Origin: Candidatus Babeliales bacterium
GTDB taxonomy: Bacteria > Babelota > Babeliae > Babelales > Vermiphilaceae
Assembly (NCBI GenBank): GCA_963743635.1
Contig: CAVUQO010000003.1
Span: 1-64,000, forward strand
Direction of reading: 5' to 3'
Length of the DNA stretch: 64,000 nucleotides
The notes below the pieces were generated by a model. It was not told the origin of the DNA and searched no databases. It saw nothing but the letters and a program-made list of their open reading frames with translations. Below are positions 53,589 to 64,000 of this stretch, one piece after another; within the stretch, counting starts at the first letter, position 1, and every line of letters starts with the position of its first letter. The translations under genes and the position numbers were made by a program.

Positions 53589-54794
53589 ATGAAATTGATG
53601 AAATCAGGTCTATTGATAACAAGCATCATACTATGCCAGCATCTTGTTGCGATGCAGCAAGCTTCTATGGAACCAGAAAATTATCCTCACAGAGCGACCG
53701 ATTCATTGGATGTACGCGCACTGAAAGCGTTGCAATCAAAAAAAGAAAAGGATGAACGAAGCATTCTCGCAGCAGCCCTCTTTGGAGAATATACATATTA
53801 TATGGCGGCAAAAAATGTGGCTTACACCCATAAAAATGCACCTCGCTCCAAGGATGCAGCTCGACGCAAAGACCTATATGATAGTTCAGTATCTGCTCAT
53901 GAAAGAAATCTCGAAAAAGACCGAGAAACTATACGTCACATAATTAAGCATAAAAAAATAAAGTTCGAGGGAACTACCCGCGATCTTGAACTCGCATTTT
54001 TCACCTATAACTCACTGTTTCGAGAGCCTTACGAAGATAAGGAGGAACTCTTGAAAGATTTGCAATCCGTCACTCATGACTTCCTTAATAACTCCAATGG
54101 ACCAACCGTTCTGCTTCGTTTAGCGCTCTATCTCCAAGACGAACAAAAGATCGTCAAATGGTGTATTGATCATGGAGCATCTGTTAATGGCATGATGAAA
54201 CCATTACCGGCAGGTATCCTCTCACCTTTCTACCAAAACGCGTATAATGAACGTATCGCTACTCATCCTCTGGAAGTAGTAATTAAGCTGGTCGATGAAA
54301 ATACTGATTACCCACAATCGCCTGTTTTAAAATATGCTGAAGAAATGTTTACTTTACTAAAAAATCGCGGCGCGACTATGAATAGCGCGCAATACGCAGC
54401 TATTTTGCGCGAATCAACGCCTGAAAGTAGACTCGCCGAGGCTTATCTTATTTTAACTCGTGATAAAAATCTAAAACTCGAACCAGAACTTGCCGACCTT
54501 GCATGCAGTGCGGCTAAAAGATGGAGACAAGACTGCTATAACCCAAAACGCACGGCACAAATGAACCAGAATTTATCAAATCATTACCAACAGATGGCCA
54601 ATATAGTTGAAGATATCGCATGGCAATACACGTCAGGCACTTACTATCCACTAAAAAAAGCAATGGCTGCGGTCAATAAATTTTTCCATCGTGAAGAGGC
54701 TCCTCAGGCAGCACCTTCAAATACGCAAAGGATAAATCCAAATCAGCCAATCAAAGGGATGGATAATCGACCTTTAATCGAAAACGAACAGTAA
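53589..54794 (+). CDS. Secreted hypothetical protein with degenerate ankyrin-like motif
   Basis: Start placed at MKLMKSG; leader ending LVA|MQ; IVKWCIDHGASVN. Confidence 0.7.
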   Translation: MKLMKSGLLITSIILCQHLVAMQQASMEPENYPHRATDSLDVRALKALQSKKEKDERSILAAALFGEYTYYMAAKNVAYTHKNAPRSKDAARRKDLYDSSVSAHERNLEKDRETIRHIIKHKKIKFEGTTRDLELAFFTYNSLFREPYEDKEELLKDLQSVTHDFLNNSNGPTVLLRLALYLQDEQKIVKWCIDHGASVNGMMKPLPAGILSPFYQNAYNERIATHPLEVVIKLVDENTDYPQSPVLKYAEEMFTLLKNRGATMNSAQYAAILRESTPESRLAEAYLILTRDKNLKLEPELADLACSAAKRWRQDCYNPKRTAQMNQNLSNHYQQMANIVEDIAWQYTSGTYYPLKKAMAAVNKFFHREEAPQAAPSNTQRINPNQPIKGMDNRPLIENEQ

Positions 54795-54852
54795 TAATAG
54801 CGCATCATTCAACATACTCCTGATGATTTATGATTAAAAAAAGAGACCACCG

Positions 54853-55617
54853 GTGAATCAAAAAACATACTTCATAGCAAACTGGAAAATGGCATGCGCT
54901 TTTAAAGGCGCATGCCATCTTGCCAAAACCTATCAAGAACAAGCACATACGCTCAATTTCGAGCGAAGCGAAATCATTATCTGCCCCTCATTTGACGCGC
55001 TTGCTTCGTGCGCGCAGATCATCGCCCAATCGCCGATTCAGCTCGCCGCTCAAACCGTATCGCCCTTTCCACTCGGCGCGCATACCGGGCAAGTAGCTGC
55101 GCAATCACTTTCAGAAATTGGCTGCAGTCACGCCATTATTGGGCACAGTGAACGGCGCCTAGAATGCCATGACACCAATGAACTCATTGCCAATCAGGCC
55201 AGAGAACTGATCGCGCACGGCATCACTCCTATTATATGTATCGGCGAAACTGAGGTGGAATTTAAGGCGGGTCTAGCAACTGCAGTATTTGAAATGCAGC
55301 TTGAGCCGGTGCTCGCGGTGATCCAAGCCGCCTCAAAATCGCTCATGCCAATAATTGCCTACGAACCTATATTTGCCATTGGTACCGGCATTATTCCTGA
55401 CCCTGGATATCTGAAAAAGATGTTTAGCTGGCTCGATGCCCACCTTAAAAACACCCTTCCAAACCAAGAATTTATCCTACTTTATGGGGGTAGCGTTTCG
55501 GATACAACCATCGATTCACTCAAGGGGATCAGCGAAATTCAAGGATTTTTAATCGGAAGTGCAAGTCTTGATTTTCAAAAGTTTCAGAAAATAGTATCCT
55601 TATGGTATACAAAGTAA
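54853..55617 (+). CDS. tpiA: Triosephosphate isomerase
   Basis: ANWKM, GHSERR, AYEPIFAIGTG, LYGGSV. Confidence 0.95.
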   Translation: MNQKTYFIANWKMACAFKGACHLAKTYQEQAHTLNFERSEIIICPSFDALASCAQIIAQSPIQLAAQTVSPFPLGAHTGQVAAQSLSEIGCSHAIIGHSERRLECHDTNELIANQARELIAHGITPIICIGETEVEFKAGLATAVFEMQLEPVLAVIQAASKSLMPIIAYEPIFAIGTGIIPDPGYLKKMFSWLDAHLKNTLPNQEFILLYGGSVSDTTIDSLKGISEIQGFLIGSASLDFQKFQKIVSLWYTK

Positions 55618-55647
55618 TATAGATTTACCAAATCAACGGAGCTCTCA

Positions 55648-56028
55648 ATGCTATTCGGTTTTTTACTCACCCTATTTGTCATCAACTGTTTCTTACTAAT
55701 CCTGCTTATTTTGATCCAACAAGGCAAAAGCAGCATGGGCCTTGGCGCTATGGGCGGCGGCACTCAAATGCTTTTCGGGGGATCAGGCGGCCAGGATATT
55801 TTTCAGAAAACAACCTGGATTCTTGGTGCAATTTTCATGTTTGGTTCGTTTGGCCTTGCGCTTCATAAGAATAGCGCCACTTCACGTTACCTTACTCCAA
55901 ACAGTTCCCGTTCTGTAACTCAACAACAAATCCCAATGCCACAAGCAGCACAAACTGCAGCACCAATGGAATACCCAGCACCTGCAGCGCAAGAAGCAGC
56001 TCCTGAAACAACAGAAGAAGCGGCTTAA
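55648..56028 (+). CDS. secG: Preprotein translocase subunit SecG
   Basis: LILIQQGKSSMGLG...FGGSG...KTTWILG; follows tpiA. Confidence 0.9.
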   Translation: MLFGFLLTLFVINCFLLILLILIQQGKSSMGLGAMGGGTQMLFGGSGGQDIFQKTTWILGAIFMFGSFGLALHKNSATSRYLTPNSSRSVTQQQIPMPQAAQTAAPMEYPAPAAQEAAPETTEEAA

Positions 56029-56054
56029 CAAAAAGCGCGTAAAAAGGGACGTGA

Positions 56055-56834
56055 GTGTTTATTGCGTTTATCAATTCCATCGGTCGATTTACGCTCAATG
56101 TCTGCGAAAACGTAGGCGCGTTCTGCCTCTTTTTTGCACAGATCTTAAAGACCCTCATAACTACACGACTCGATGTGCATAAAGTATTCGTGCAGATGGA
56201 ACGCATCGGCGTCGAATCACTCACCATCACTGTGCTCACCGGATCATTCACGGGCATGGTTCTCGCACTGCAAAGTTATATCGGTTTTCAACGCGTGGGC
56301 GGCGAACAATTTATCGGGTCTATCGTCGCACTGGGCATGATTCGTGAATTGGGCCCCGTACTGACCGGACTCATGGTAATGGGACGCGCAGGATCCGCAA
56401 TCACCGCCGAAATCGGCACCATGCGTATCACCGAACAAATCGATGCACTACGCACACTTCGTATTAATGTTTTTCAATATTTAATCGTGCCCCGCGTTTT
56501 AGGCGGCACCATTATTATGCCCTTCCTCACCGTATTTTCCATGATATGCGGTATCATTGGCGGCTATTTTGTTTGCGTGAGTGTATTAGGACTCAGCGCT
56601 GAAGATTATCTTAATAATATCAGACGGTACGTCGAAGTATCTGATATACGCGGCGGTCTTATCAAATCAGGTTTCTTTGGCTTAATTTTAACATGGGTTG
56701 GCACATATAAAGGATATTACACGTCGGGCGGCGCCCGCGGCGTTGGCCTTTCAACAACACAGTCTGTGGTGCTTGGTTCCATGATGATTTTGATTTCAAA
56801 CTATTTCCTCACCAAATTACTTGAACAGTTATAG
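56055..56834 (+). CDS. mlaE: MlaE family ABC permease
   Basis: RELGPVLTGL..GRAGSAITAEIGTMRITEQIDAL. Confidence 0.93.
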   Translation: MFIAFINSIGRFTLNVCENVGAFCLFFAQILKTLITTRLDVHKVFVQMERIGVESLTITVLTGSFTGMVLALQSYIGFQRVGGEQFIGSIVALGMIRELGPVLTGLMVMGRAGSAITAEIGTMRITEQIDALRTLRINVFQYLIVPRVLGGTIIMPFLTVFSMICGIIGGYFVCVSVLGLSAEDYLNNIRRYVEVSDIRGGLIKSGFFGLILTWVGTYKGYYTSGGARGVGLSTTQSVVLGSMMILISNYFLTKLLEQL

Positions 56835-56843
56835 AGGAAATAG

Positions 56844-57614
56844 ATGATACAAATTGTAGATTTAAAGAAAAAATTCGGAGATAAATTCGTCACCAATGGC
56901 GTCAATCTTGAAATTCCCGATGGGAAGATGACGGTTATCATTGGACGCTCAGGGGAAGGTAAATCGGTACTCCTGAAACAAGTGATTGGTCTTATCAAAC
57001 CAACATCAGGCAGCGTACTCTTTAATGGCGTTGATATTACCAAACTCTCGGGCAAAGAACTTGATGATGTACTCATAAATATCGGCTACGTATTCCAATT
57101 TGCAGCGCTCCTTGATTCACTCACCGTGTTTGAAAATGTTGGCATCACGCTACTTGAACACGGCATGTCGCACGACGCCGTATTGCCGCTGGTAAAAGAA
57201 AAACTGGCGCTCGTTAATCTTTCAGAAGATACACTTAATGTGTATCCATCGGAACTTTCAGGCGGTATGAGAAAGCGAGTGGGCTTGGCGCGCACGCTCA
57301 TCACTAATCCAAAAACGATTCTCTACGATGAACCTACAACGGGTCTCGATCCTATTACATCGCGCGTGATTCACGAACTGATGTACGATATGCAAAAGCG
57401 CCTGAAGCTCACTTCAGTTATCATTTCACACGATATTGAGATATTTAAGTACGCGGATTATATCGCACTGCTCCACGAGGGACAGATTAAATTCTTCGGA
57501 CCAGCCGCAACGATATGGGAATCCGATAATCCGTACATCTATCAATTTATCCGCGGCCTGCCTGAGGGACCGATCCAAACTGACCACTCGCTACACGCTA
57601 AAGATAAGTTTTAG
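56844..57614 (+). CDS. mlaF: MlaF family ABC ATPase
   Basis: GRSGEGKS, PSELSGGMRKRVGLAR, YDEPTTGLDP. Confidence 0.92.
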   Translation: MIQIVDLKKKFGDKFVTNGVNLEIPDGKMTVIIGRSGEGKSVLLKQVIGLIKPTSGSVLFNGVDITKLSGKELDDVLINIGYVFQFAALLDSLTVFENVGITLLEHGMSHDAVLPLVKEKLALVNLSEDTLNVYPSELSGGMRKRVGLARTLITNPKTILYDEPTTGLDPITSRVIHELMYDMQKRLKLTSVIISHDIEIFKYADYIALLHEGQIKFFGPAATIWESDNPYIYQFIRGLPEGPIQTDHSLHAKDKF

Positions 57615-57893
57615 CTCATTCGACTGAAATAATTGCTTGCCATTCTACTCCGCATCCTTCCATCTTCGCCCTGCAGTCGTCACATTTTTACAGGGATCCA
57701 CAGGGGCCCAACCTGCAAGCAAAGCCCGCCCCAGATGAATTTCGAGCATTTCGATATTCGGATACAAGCCCTGAATGCCACTTTCTTATCAAAAAAAGCC
57801 ACAAAGACCCCTAAACCATTGATTTTCAGACTACTTTTTCTCTATGCTAGTAATTGATAATAATATTGATCTTCATAAAAAAGGAGAAAAACT

Positions 57894-58373
57894 ATGAAGA
57901 CACTCAAAGTAATGGCTATTATTGCCCTTGCAGGTTACGGATCGTTAGCATCCGCAGGAGACATGCAATTGGAAGCTCTTAGAGCATTAAAAATGACTAA
58001 TCCACAGGTTTACGCTGCTCTTACTGATACTATATATAACACCGGCGAGGGGCAACAGGCGCAGTTATCCAGTTATTTATTCAATAGTCTTCCTTCCCAA
58101 ATCCGAAGGTCGCTTGGACTAATCACGCCCTATAATGGTAACTATCAACTCATAGGGCATGCTACAGACAGAATCAAATTTATATTACACAATAACCTTC
58201 TTAATATGGATGCAAACGATGCAGCCGCATTCTTAGAATTAAGGGAACTCGGACGAGACAATCCCGATGCTTTAGAGAGACTAATCTCTGATGCGTTTAA
58301 TGCCTCAAATTGCAATAGAGCTTGCCATATAGTGAGACAGTACGCGAGAAATGCCGGCATTTTACTTTACTAA
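57894..58373 (+). CDS. Secreted hypothetical protein
   Basis: AAGGAG RBS; signal peptide MKTLKVMAIIALAGYGSLASA. Confidence 0.75.
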   Translation: MKTLKVMAIIALAGYGSLASAGDMQLEALRALKMTNPQVYAALTDTIYNTGEGQQAQLSSYLFNSLPSQIRRSLGLITPYNGNYQLIGHATDRIKFILHNNLLNMDANDAAAFLELRELGRDNPDALERLISDAFNASNCNRACHIVRQYARNAGILLY

Positions 58374-58399
58374 TCTTTGCGTGCAATACAGCTTTAATT

Positions 58400-58432
58400 A
58401 AAAGAGGCGCCCTATAACTGGGTGCCTCTTTT
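58400..58432. terminator. Bidirectional intrinsic terminator
   Basis: AAAAGAGGCGCCC-loop-GGGTGCCTCTTTT between convergent genes. Confidence 0.8.
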
Positions 58433-58455
58433 TGTTTTAAATATATGGGCAATAA

Positions 58456-58926
58456 TTATAATTTTGCCTTAGGAAGATCAAGAATGATTAATCCTAAGGT
58501 TACCGGACAACCTTCTTTTTTATCGCCCTTCAATAGCTTCATATCGCTTAGATAGTGCAATTTCATGACGTTTTGCTCATTTACCGGAATTACTTTTTCA
58601 TCTATTTTTAAAGTTTCTGTAAGGCACTGCGTAGAATTATTCTCTCTAAAGAATTGCGCCCTTGATACATAGCCCTCAATAGTTGGATGCTTGTTTTTTA
58701 GTTTAAACAGCGAGAGCGCGACGGTATATTCATACTTGCTTTTTAGATCGCAACTGAACATAGGAAATGTTGTTTTCACTTCTTTGCCATTTGGAGAAAA
58801 TAAAACCACCTTTTTTTCTCCGTCGCCATCTCGCGTTAGCGATATTACGGCAGTGTATTCATCTTTGTTCTCCATTGCAAAGCCAGAAAGAGGTAACAAC
58901 AGCAATGTTGCCAATATACGTTTCAT
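58456..58926 (-). CDS. Secreted hypothetical protein
   Basis: Start placed at MKRILATLLLLPLSGFA|MENK. Confidence 0.7.
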   Translation of the reverse strand: MKRILATLLLLPLSGFAMENKDEYTAVISLTRDGDGEKKVVLFSPNGKEVKTTFPMFSCDLKSKYEYTVALSLFKLKNKHPTIEGYVSRAQFFRENNSTQCLTETLKIDEKVIPVNEQNVMKLHYLSDMKLLKGDKKEGCPVTLGLIILDLPKAKL

Positions 58927-59006
58927 AAGGATCCTTTCATCATTGTGAGAAGAAGATATTTGGATGGTCCCACATCCCATCCGTTTTTAATACGGGCAAG
59001 AGTATA

Positions 59007-59540
59007 TCAGAGTACATCTGGCTTGCTAAAATCCTTATATAGCATGCTTGGTTGTACGCCCTTATTATGCTGATATTTATTACTGTGATAGCGTACAAAA
59101 TCGCCTTCAATAGTGTGATAAAAAATTTGGCATACTTCGACGTTTGCATAGATCCGCACCGGTTGGATGCATGAAATTTCAAGCGTCCAATAACCGCTAA
59201 AGCCGACATCACCAAACCCTGCGGTAACGTGAATGAACATACCAAGACGACCAATTGAAGAACGGCCTTCGAGCATTGGAACGCAATTTTCGGTACGGGT
59301 ATGTTCTACGGTGCGGCCAAGATACAGCACGCCCGGCTCCAATAATAATCCTTCTTCAGGAATAACGATCTTTTTTGTTTTATGATTGCGTTTCATATCA
59401 AGTTCAGGTTCATCATACACTACCAATTCTTCATGAAGGCGCAGGTTATAACTGTTGGGCCCTAATTGAGATGGATTGAAGGGAGTAATGATAATGTCTT
59501 TATCTAAACGTCTTTGGATTTCTTTTCCTGATAAAATCAT
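59007..59540 (-). CDS. dcd: dCTP deaminase
   Basis: LEGRSSIGRLG, TAGFGDVGFSGYWTLEI. Confidence 0.93.
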   Translation of the reverse strand: MILSGKEIQRRLDKDIIITPFNPSQLGPNSYNLRLHEELVVYDEPELDMKRNHKTKKIVIPEEGLLLEPGVLYLGRTVEHTRTENCVPMLEGRSSIGRLGMFIHVTAGFGDVGFSGYWTLEISCIQPVRIYANVEVCQIFYHTIEGDFVRYHSNKYQHNKGVQPSMLYKDFSKPDVL

Positions 59541-59664
59541 ATTATTCCTTTATATCATTATATGCGCGTCATTTGTTGTAAGATTAACACATTATTGATA
59601 AAATTTATCCTATATTTACACTAATTGAAGAAATTAGATATAACGTCAGTGGTTACGCTAATCC

Positions 59665-60669
59665 ATGAAAGGTACCATCATGATAGAGACCCCCACACAC
59701 AATGCCCCCCTTGAAGCAATTCGTGAAGAAAGCGCTCGCTTTCAAGGGCTATACAAAGAAGTAAGCAAGGTCATTGTTGGCCAAGAAGAAATTGTTCGTT
59801 TTATCACCATTGCCATTTTATGTAATGGCCATATTCTTCTTGAGGGTGTTCCTGGCGTTGCAAAAACAAGTATGATCAAGGCGATCACGAAAGCACTCGG
59901 TCTTGCATTCAATCGCATTCAATTCACTCCCGATCTCTTGCCGGCTGACGTAATCGGAACACTGATATACAATCCTAAGACACATGAATTTGAAACAAAA
60001 AAAGGTCCAATTTTTGCAAATCTAATTCTTGCGGATGAAATCAACCGCGCTCCAGCAAAGGTGCAAGCAGCGCTTCTTGAAGCGATGCAAGAGCAGCAAG
60101 TAACTATCGGTTCTGAAACATTCAAACTCGATGAACCATTTTTGGTATTTGCAACACAAAATCCTCTTGAGCAAGAAGGTACCTATCGTTTGCCTGAGGC
60201 ACAGGTGGATCGATTTATGTTTAAATTATTGGTTGGGTATCCAAACATTAAAGATGAAGAGCAGATTATCAAAAAATCACTCACCACACATACGCTCTTT
60301 AATGTATTGACCAAGGAAGATATTCTCAACGCCCAACAACTCATTCAACAGATGTATGTTGATGACAAAATCAGCCAATATATCGTTAATATTGTATTCG
60401 CAACACGAAGCCCGATATCATACGGTTTGAAAGACTTAGCTCCTTTGATTCAGTATGGTGTTTCACCACGCGCAACCCTTGCACTGTATCACGCTGCACG
60501 CGCCTATGCATTTTTAAAACAGCGCAATTTTGTAACACCTGATGACGTCAAAGCAGTGTGTCCTGCAATTTTAAGACACCGTATTTTATTAACCTACCAA
60601 GCCGAGGCTGAAAACATTCAAACTGATTACATTATTCAAAAAATATTGAGTGCAGTTGAGGCGCCATAA
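59665..60669 (+). CDS. MoxR family AAA+ ATPase
   Basis: LEGVPGVAKT, RIQFTPDLLPAD, DEINRAPAKVQAALLEAM, ATQNPLEQEGTY. Confidence 0.95.
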   Translation: MKGTIMIETPTHNAPLEAIREESARFQGLYKEVSKVIVGQEEIVRFITIAILCNGHILLEGVPGVAKTSMIKAITKALGLAFNRIQFTPDLLPADVIGTLIYNPKTHEFETKKGPIFANLILADEINRAPAKVQAALLEAMQEQQVTIGSETFKLDEPFLVFATQNPLEQEGTYRLPEAQVDRFMFKLLVGYPNIKDEEQIIKKSLTTHTLFNVLTKEDILNAQQLIQQMYVDDKISQYIVNIVFATRSPISYGLKDLAPLIQYGVSPRATLALYHAARAYAFLKQRNFVTPDDVKAVCPAILRHRILLTYQAEAENIQTDYIIQKILSAVEAP

Positions 60670-60779
60670 ACATTGATAGAACTTTGTATATCTTGCATAC
60701 TATAACCAGGTCTTGGGCTTGACAAAATCAAGGCAAGGAGAGTATTGTGAAATAACAATGTAACATAAAGGAACTCTGA

Positions 60780-61920
60780 ATGAGACATCCTCTTTGGATT
60801 TTAAACAGCGCTCTCCTGTTGCTCCTTATTATTGCTGCAGGATTCACGTTTGTTGCTCAGGTTGAAGTTCCTGAACGAGAAAAAATTACGCCATCTGATG
60901 GCAAAAAAAACATACTCAAGCCTACAAAAAAAATCAATATCGCGGATATTTACACCAATGATCCCTTTGGCATAACTGTCGAAAAACCAAAAGAAGCTAC
61001 TCAGCCTCCCGCACCAATCGAACCGCCACCAGCCCCAGAACCAGCGCAAATACATATTCCGCCTCAACCGGAGCCTACCTTTAAAGATCCATTAAATATT
61101 ACCCTTAAAGGTATTATTATGGTCACGAATGATGATCGCAAAAATCGTGCCATAATTTCAGATAATACCACCAGCAAAGAATCGCTCTATAAAGTGGAAG
61201 ACGTTGTTGAAGATGCGCGTTTGATTAAAATATTAAATAATAAAGTGATATTCTTGCGCGCTAATGGACAACAAGAAGTGCTCTATTTACGTCATAAAGA
61301 TGCCGAGCTTGATCCAGTTTATACGCCACTCAGCAGTTGGAATGAGATTATTGAACAAGTAAATAACACAACATACCTTGTACATATGTATCTTTTCACT
61401 GATCGCGTTAAAAATCTTGCACAATGTATCGACTTACTTGATTTAATTACGGTATACCAAAAAGGTAAAAGTGTTGGATGCCGTGTTGGTCTCGTTGGTG
61501 AACATAGCCTTGGTAAAGCACTTGGCTTTGAAGCAGGCGATATTATCATGAGCGTCGATGGCATTCCTGCAACGGATACCGAACAGCGCCTGAAGATTTA
61601 CAAAAAAATTATAAGTTTGAAAGCAAAAGAATCATTTCGTTATCGCACTCAAGCGCGATGACCAAGATATGAATATCACATTTATACTCAGCGATACGAA
61701 AAAAGCAAAACCGCACCTAACGGCAGCTGAACAAGCACAAGCAGAATCAAAACCAGCGCCACCTCCATCTGAAGAAGTAACACAAGAACAATTAAAAAAC
61801 CTCGAAGAAAGACACACCTTCGCACCAACATTAAAAGATATTCGAGAACGAGAACGTCAAAATATGTTGGATAAAGGAAGAGCTCCACAAAAATCATCAC
61901 CTTCATCAATTACTGAGTAA
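60780..61920 (+). CDS. gspC: Type II secretion protein C-like with PDZ domain (frameshift near 61640)
   Basis: TM anchor, LKGII..RAII HR-like domain, GFEAGDIIMSVDG PDZ; upstream of the secretin; ORFs 60780..61661 and 61669..61920. Confidence 0.75.
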
Positions 61921-61924
61921 TACT

Positions 61925-64000
61925 ATGACAATACTTCATACACGTATTTTCCGAAGACTCATCATCATGCTCTGTGTGTGTACATGCATCCGGGCTGCGC
62001 TCAACTTTACTGATAATAAAACTATCGATAATGGGCAAGAAGTTGCTCAGCCAAATACTGCCAAGGCTCCCGCACCCGCACCACAATCGATTGCTACACA
62101 GGTGGATACGAGCGTTCGCATTGATACGCCGCCCAACCTCATTCCGGTCGATGATACGAAACTAACGCGCCCAGAAGTGCCGAGCGTATATCCAGCAGTG
62201 AACCGAAAATGCTGATGAGGATGAAACCATAGAATTTCACTTTGAAGATGCTGGCCTTGATGTGCTCGTCAATCAAATGGCATCGCTCTATAAAGTTACA
62301 TTCATCACTGATGATATGATCACCCCCCCAACTCCTGCTGATAAAAAACTGATCAAAGGTAACAAAATATCATTCAAAACTAATAAACCACTCACGCGCA
62401 AAGCGGCATGGAATATCTTTTTAACATTCCTAGAACTTGCTGGTTTCACACTTACTAAAGAATCAAAACCAAATATATATCGCGTGGTATCAATTTTTGA
62501 TAAAAAAATAGTAAATCTACCAACGTTCATCGGCACCAAGCCGAGTTGTTGCCCAAAAATGATCAAATGATTCGCTATGTTTATTTCTTGCAAAATGCAA
62601 GTTTGGCTACTATCGAGGAGATTATCAAGGCTCTCAAAAGCACTGCTGCCCCACAACATGTACTACTTACCGATTTTCAAGGATTTATTTTGACCGACAA
62701 GGCATATAACATTGTCAGCCTCATGCAGATCGTCACCGAACTTGATAGAGTGACTATGCCTCAATCAATGTCTGTTATGAAGTTGCGTCGTGCAAATGCA
62801 AAAGAGGTAAAAGACCTGTATGAACAACTCATAGGAAAAGAAAAACATGAAGGCGTTGCTTCACGCTTATTTCCTGCGCGCAAACAATCAACCGCTGTTT
62901 ATTTCCCTGAAAACTTACGCATCATCGCCGATGAACGAGCCAATGCTCTCATCTTGCTCGGTTCAGAAGATGCGATTAAAAAAATCGAAGAATTTGTAAC
63001 AAAGCATGTTGACGTTGATATTACCGCTCCTTATCCTCCTATTCGCGTGCATAAGCTCAAGTATGCGGATGCAGAAACCGTTGCTGGAATTATGAATGAC
63101 ATGTCTGGGTTTGGTAAAGATACTCCCGCAGGTATATATGGTGGCGTTCGTGGCGATGATAAATATATTAAGAAAATGAACTTCACTGCTGAACAAGGTT
63201 CAAATCGCCTGATCATCCAAGGGGATGAAGAAGACTATGTTATGGTCAAAGAAATACTCGCAAAATTGGATGAACCGCAACCGCAAGTTGCTATCGAAGT
63301 GCTCATTTTAGCAGTGTCGGTCGCTGAGTCTAAACAGCTTGGTGTACAGTTGCGTAGCAAAACGCCTGGCGGCGTTGATGGCCTCGTTGGACCTAACGTA
63401 AAATTCCAAACATCGGGCATGTATGGCACATCAGGGATACAAACATCCTCGGCTGGAGGCGGCGCTAATTTACTCCTTGGTAATCTTATTAATCTTGCAG
63501 TAGGCGCATCTCCTGGCAATACACTCGTATCACTCGGGCAAGATCTTTATGGAGTATGGGGCTTACTTCAAGCACTTCAATCCGTTACGAATACACAGGT
63601 AGTGGCAAATCCATTCTTGGTTGCTACTAATAAAACTCCGGCATCAGTCCAAATTGGTCAAACGCGCCGTGTCGTTGTCGCTAACGTTGTCGCTACTTCA
63701 TCTCAAGCTTCACAAGATGATAAGCCGGCAAATCTTATGGTTAAATTTACGCCGCAAATAAATTCTGACGGCATGATTAAAATGGATCTTGAAATTCAAG
63801 TAAACTCATTTGCTGATCCTACAGATTTTACGAGTGCAACTGTGAACGTTAAATATCTTAAAACGAGTACCATAGTTTCAAGTGGTGAAGTATTAGCACT
63901 TGGTGGATTGATTCAAAATACTGCTACTGAAAACAGAAGCCAAACCCCTGTTTTAGGAAATATTCCTATTCTTGGTTGGCTGTTTAAAAATAGGCAGGAC
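61925..64000 (+). CDS. gspD: Type II secretion secretin (frameshifts near 62200 and 62550; runs off window)
   Basis: Frame from 62567 reads IIADERANALI, LKYADAETVA, LDEPQPQVAIEVLI, TPQINSDG, LALGGLI, TPVLGNIPILGWLFK. Confidence 0.9.

Overview
AT-rich (roughly 40% GC by eye) bacterial chromosome segment. The gene content suggests an intracellular parasite of protists, most like Candidatus Babeliae/Dependentiae (TM6); this is an inference. Housekeeping genes are yifB/comM, acpS, tRNA-fMet, murJ, lolD-like, lon, pfkB, atpD-atpC-herA, a polar amino-acid ABC transporter, an M23 peptidase, uvrC, clpB, tpiA, secG, mlaEF, dcd, moxR and T2SS gspC-gspD. They are interleaved with many signal-peptide-bearing, eukaryote-like proteins. 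Highlights: (1) a tandem array of at least 5 paralogs (1-8161) built as signal peptide + Skp1/BTB-like domain + exactly 8 near-identical WD40 blades that vary mainly at six propeller top-face positions and are mosaics of each other, a candidate diversifying family of host cullin E3-ligase adaptor mimics; (2) a recurrent signal peptide ending just before a Met (A|ME, A|MQ, A|MN) on about a dozen, mostly unrelated, secreted proteins; (3) a cassette-like array (35.9-42.7 kb) in which a hairpin, promoter and leader are reused on unrelated cargo, including a caspase-like His/Cys protein; (4) a modular palindromic repeat family with a GIY-YIG nuclease remnant between 71-bp inverted repeats; (5) an orphaned leader-peptide attenuator. 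Many single-base frameshifts cluster at 0-17 kb and 61-63 kb and also hit atpD and acpS, so they are most likely sequencing errors.
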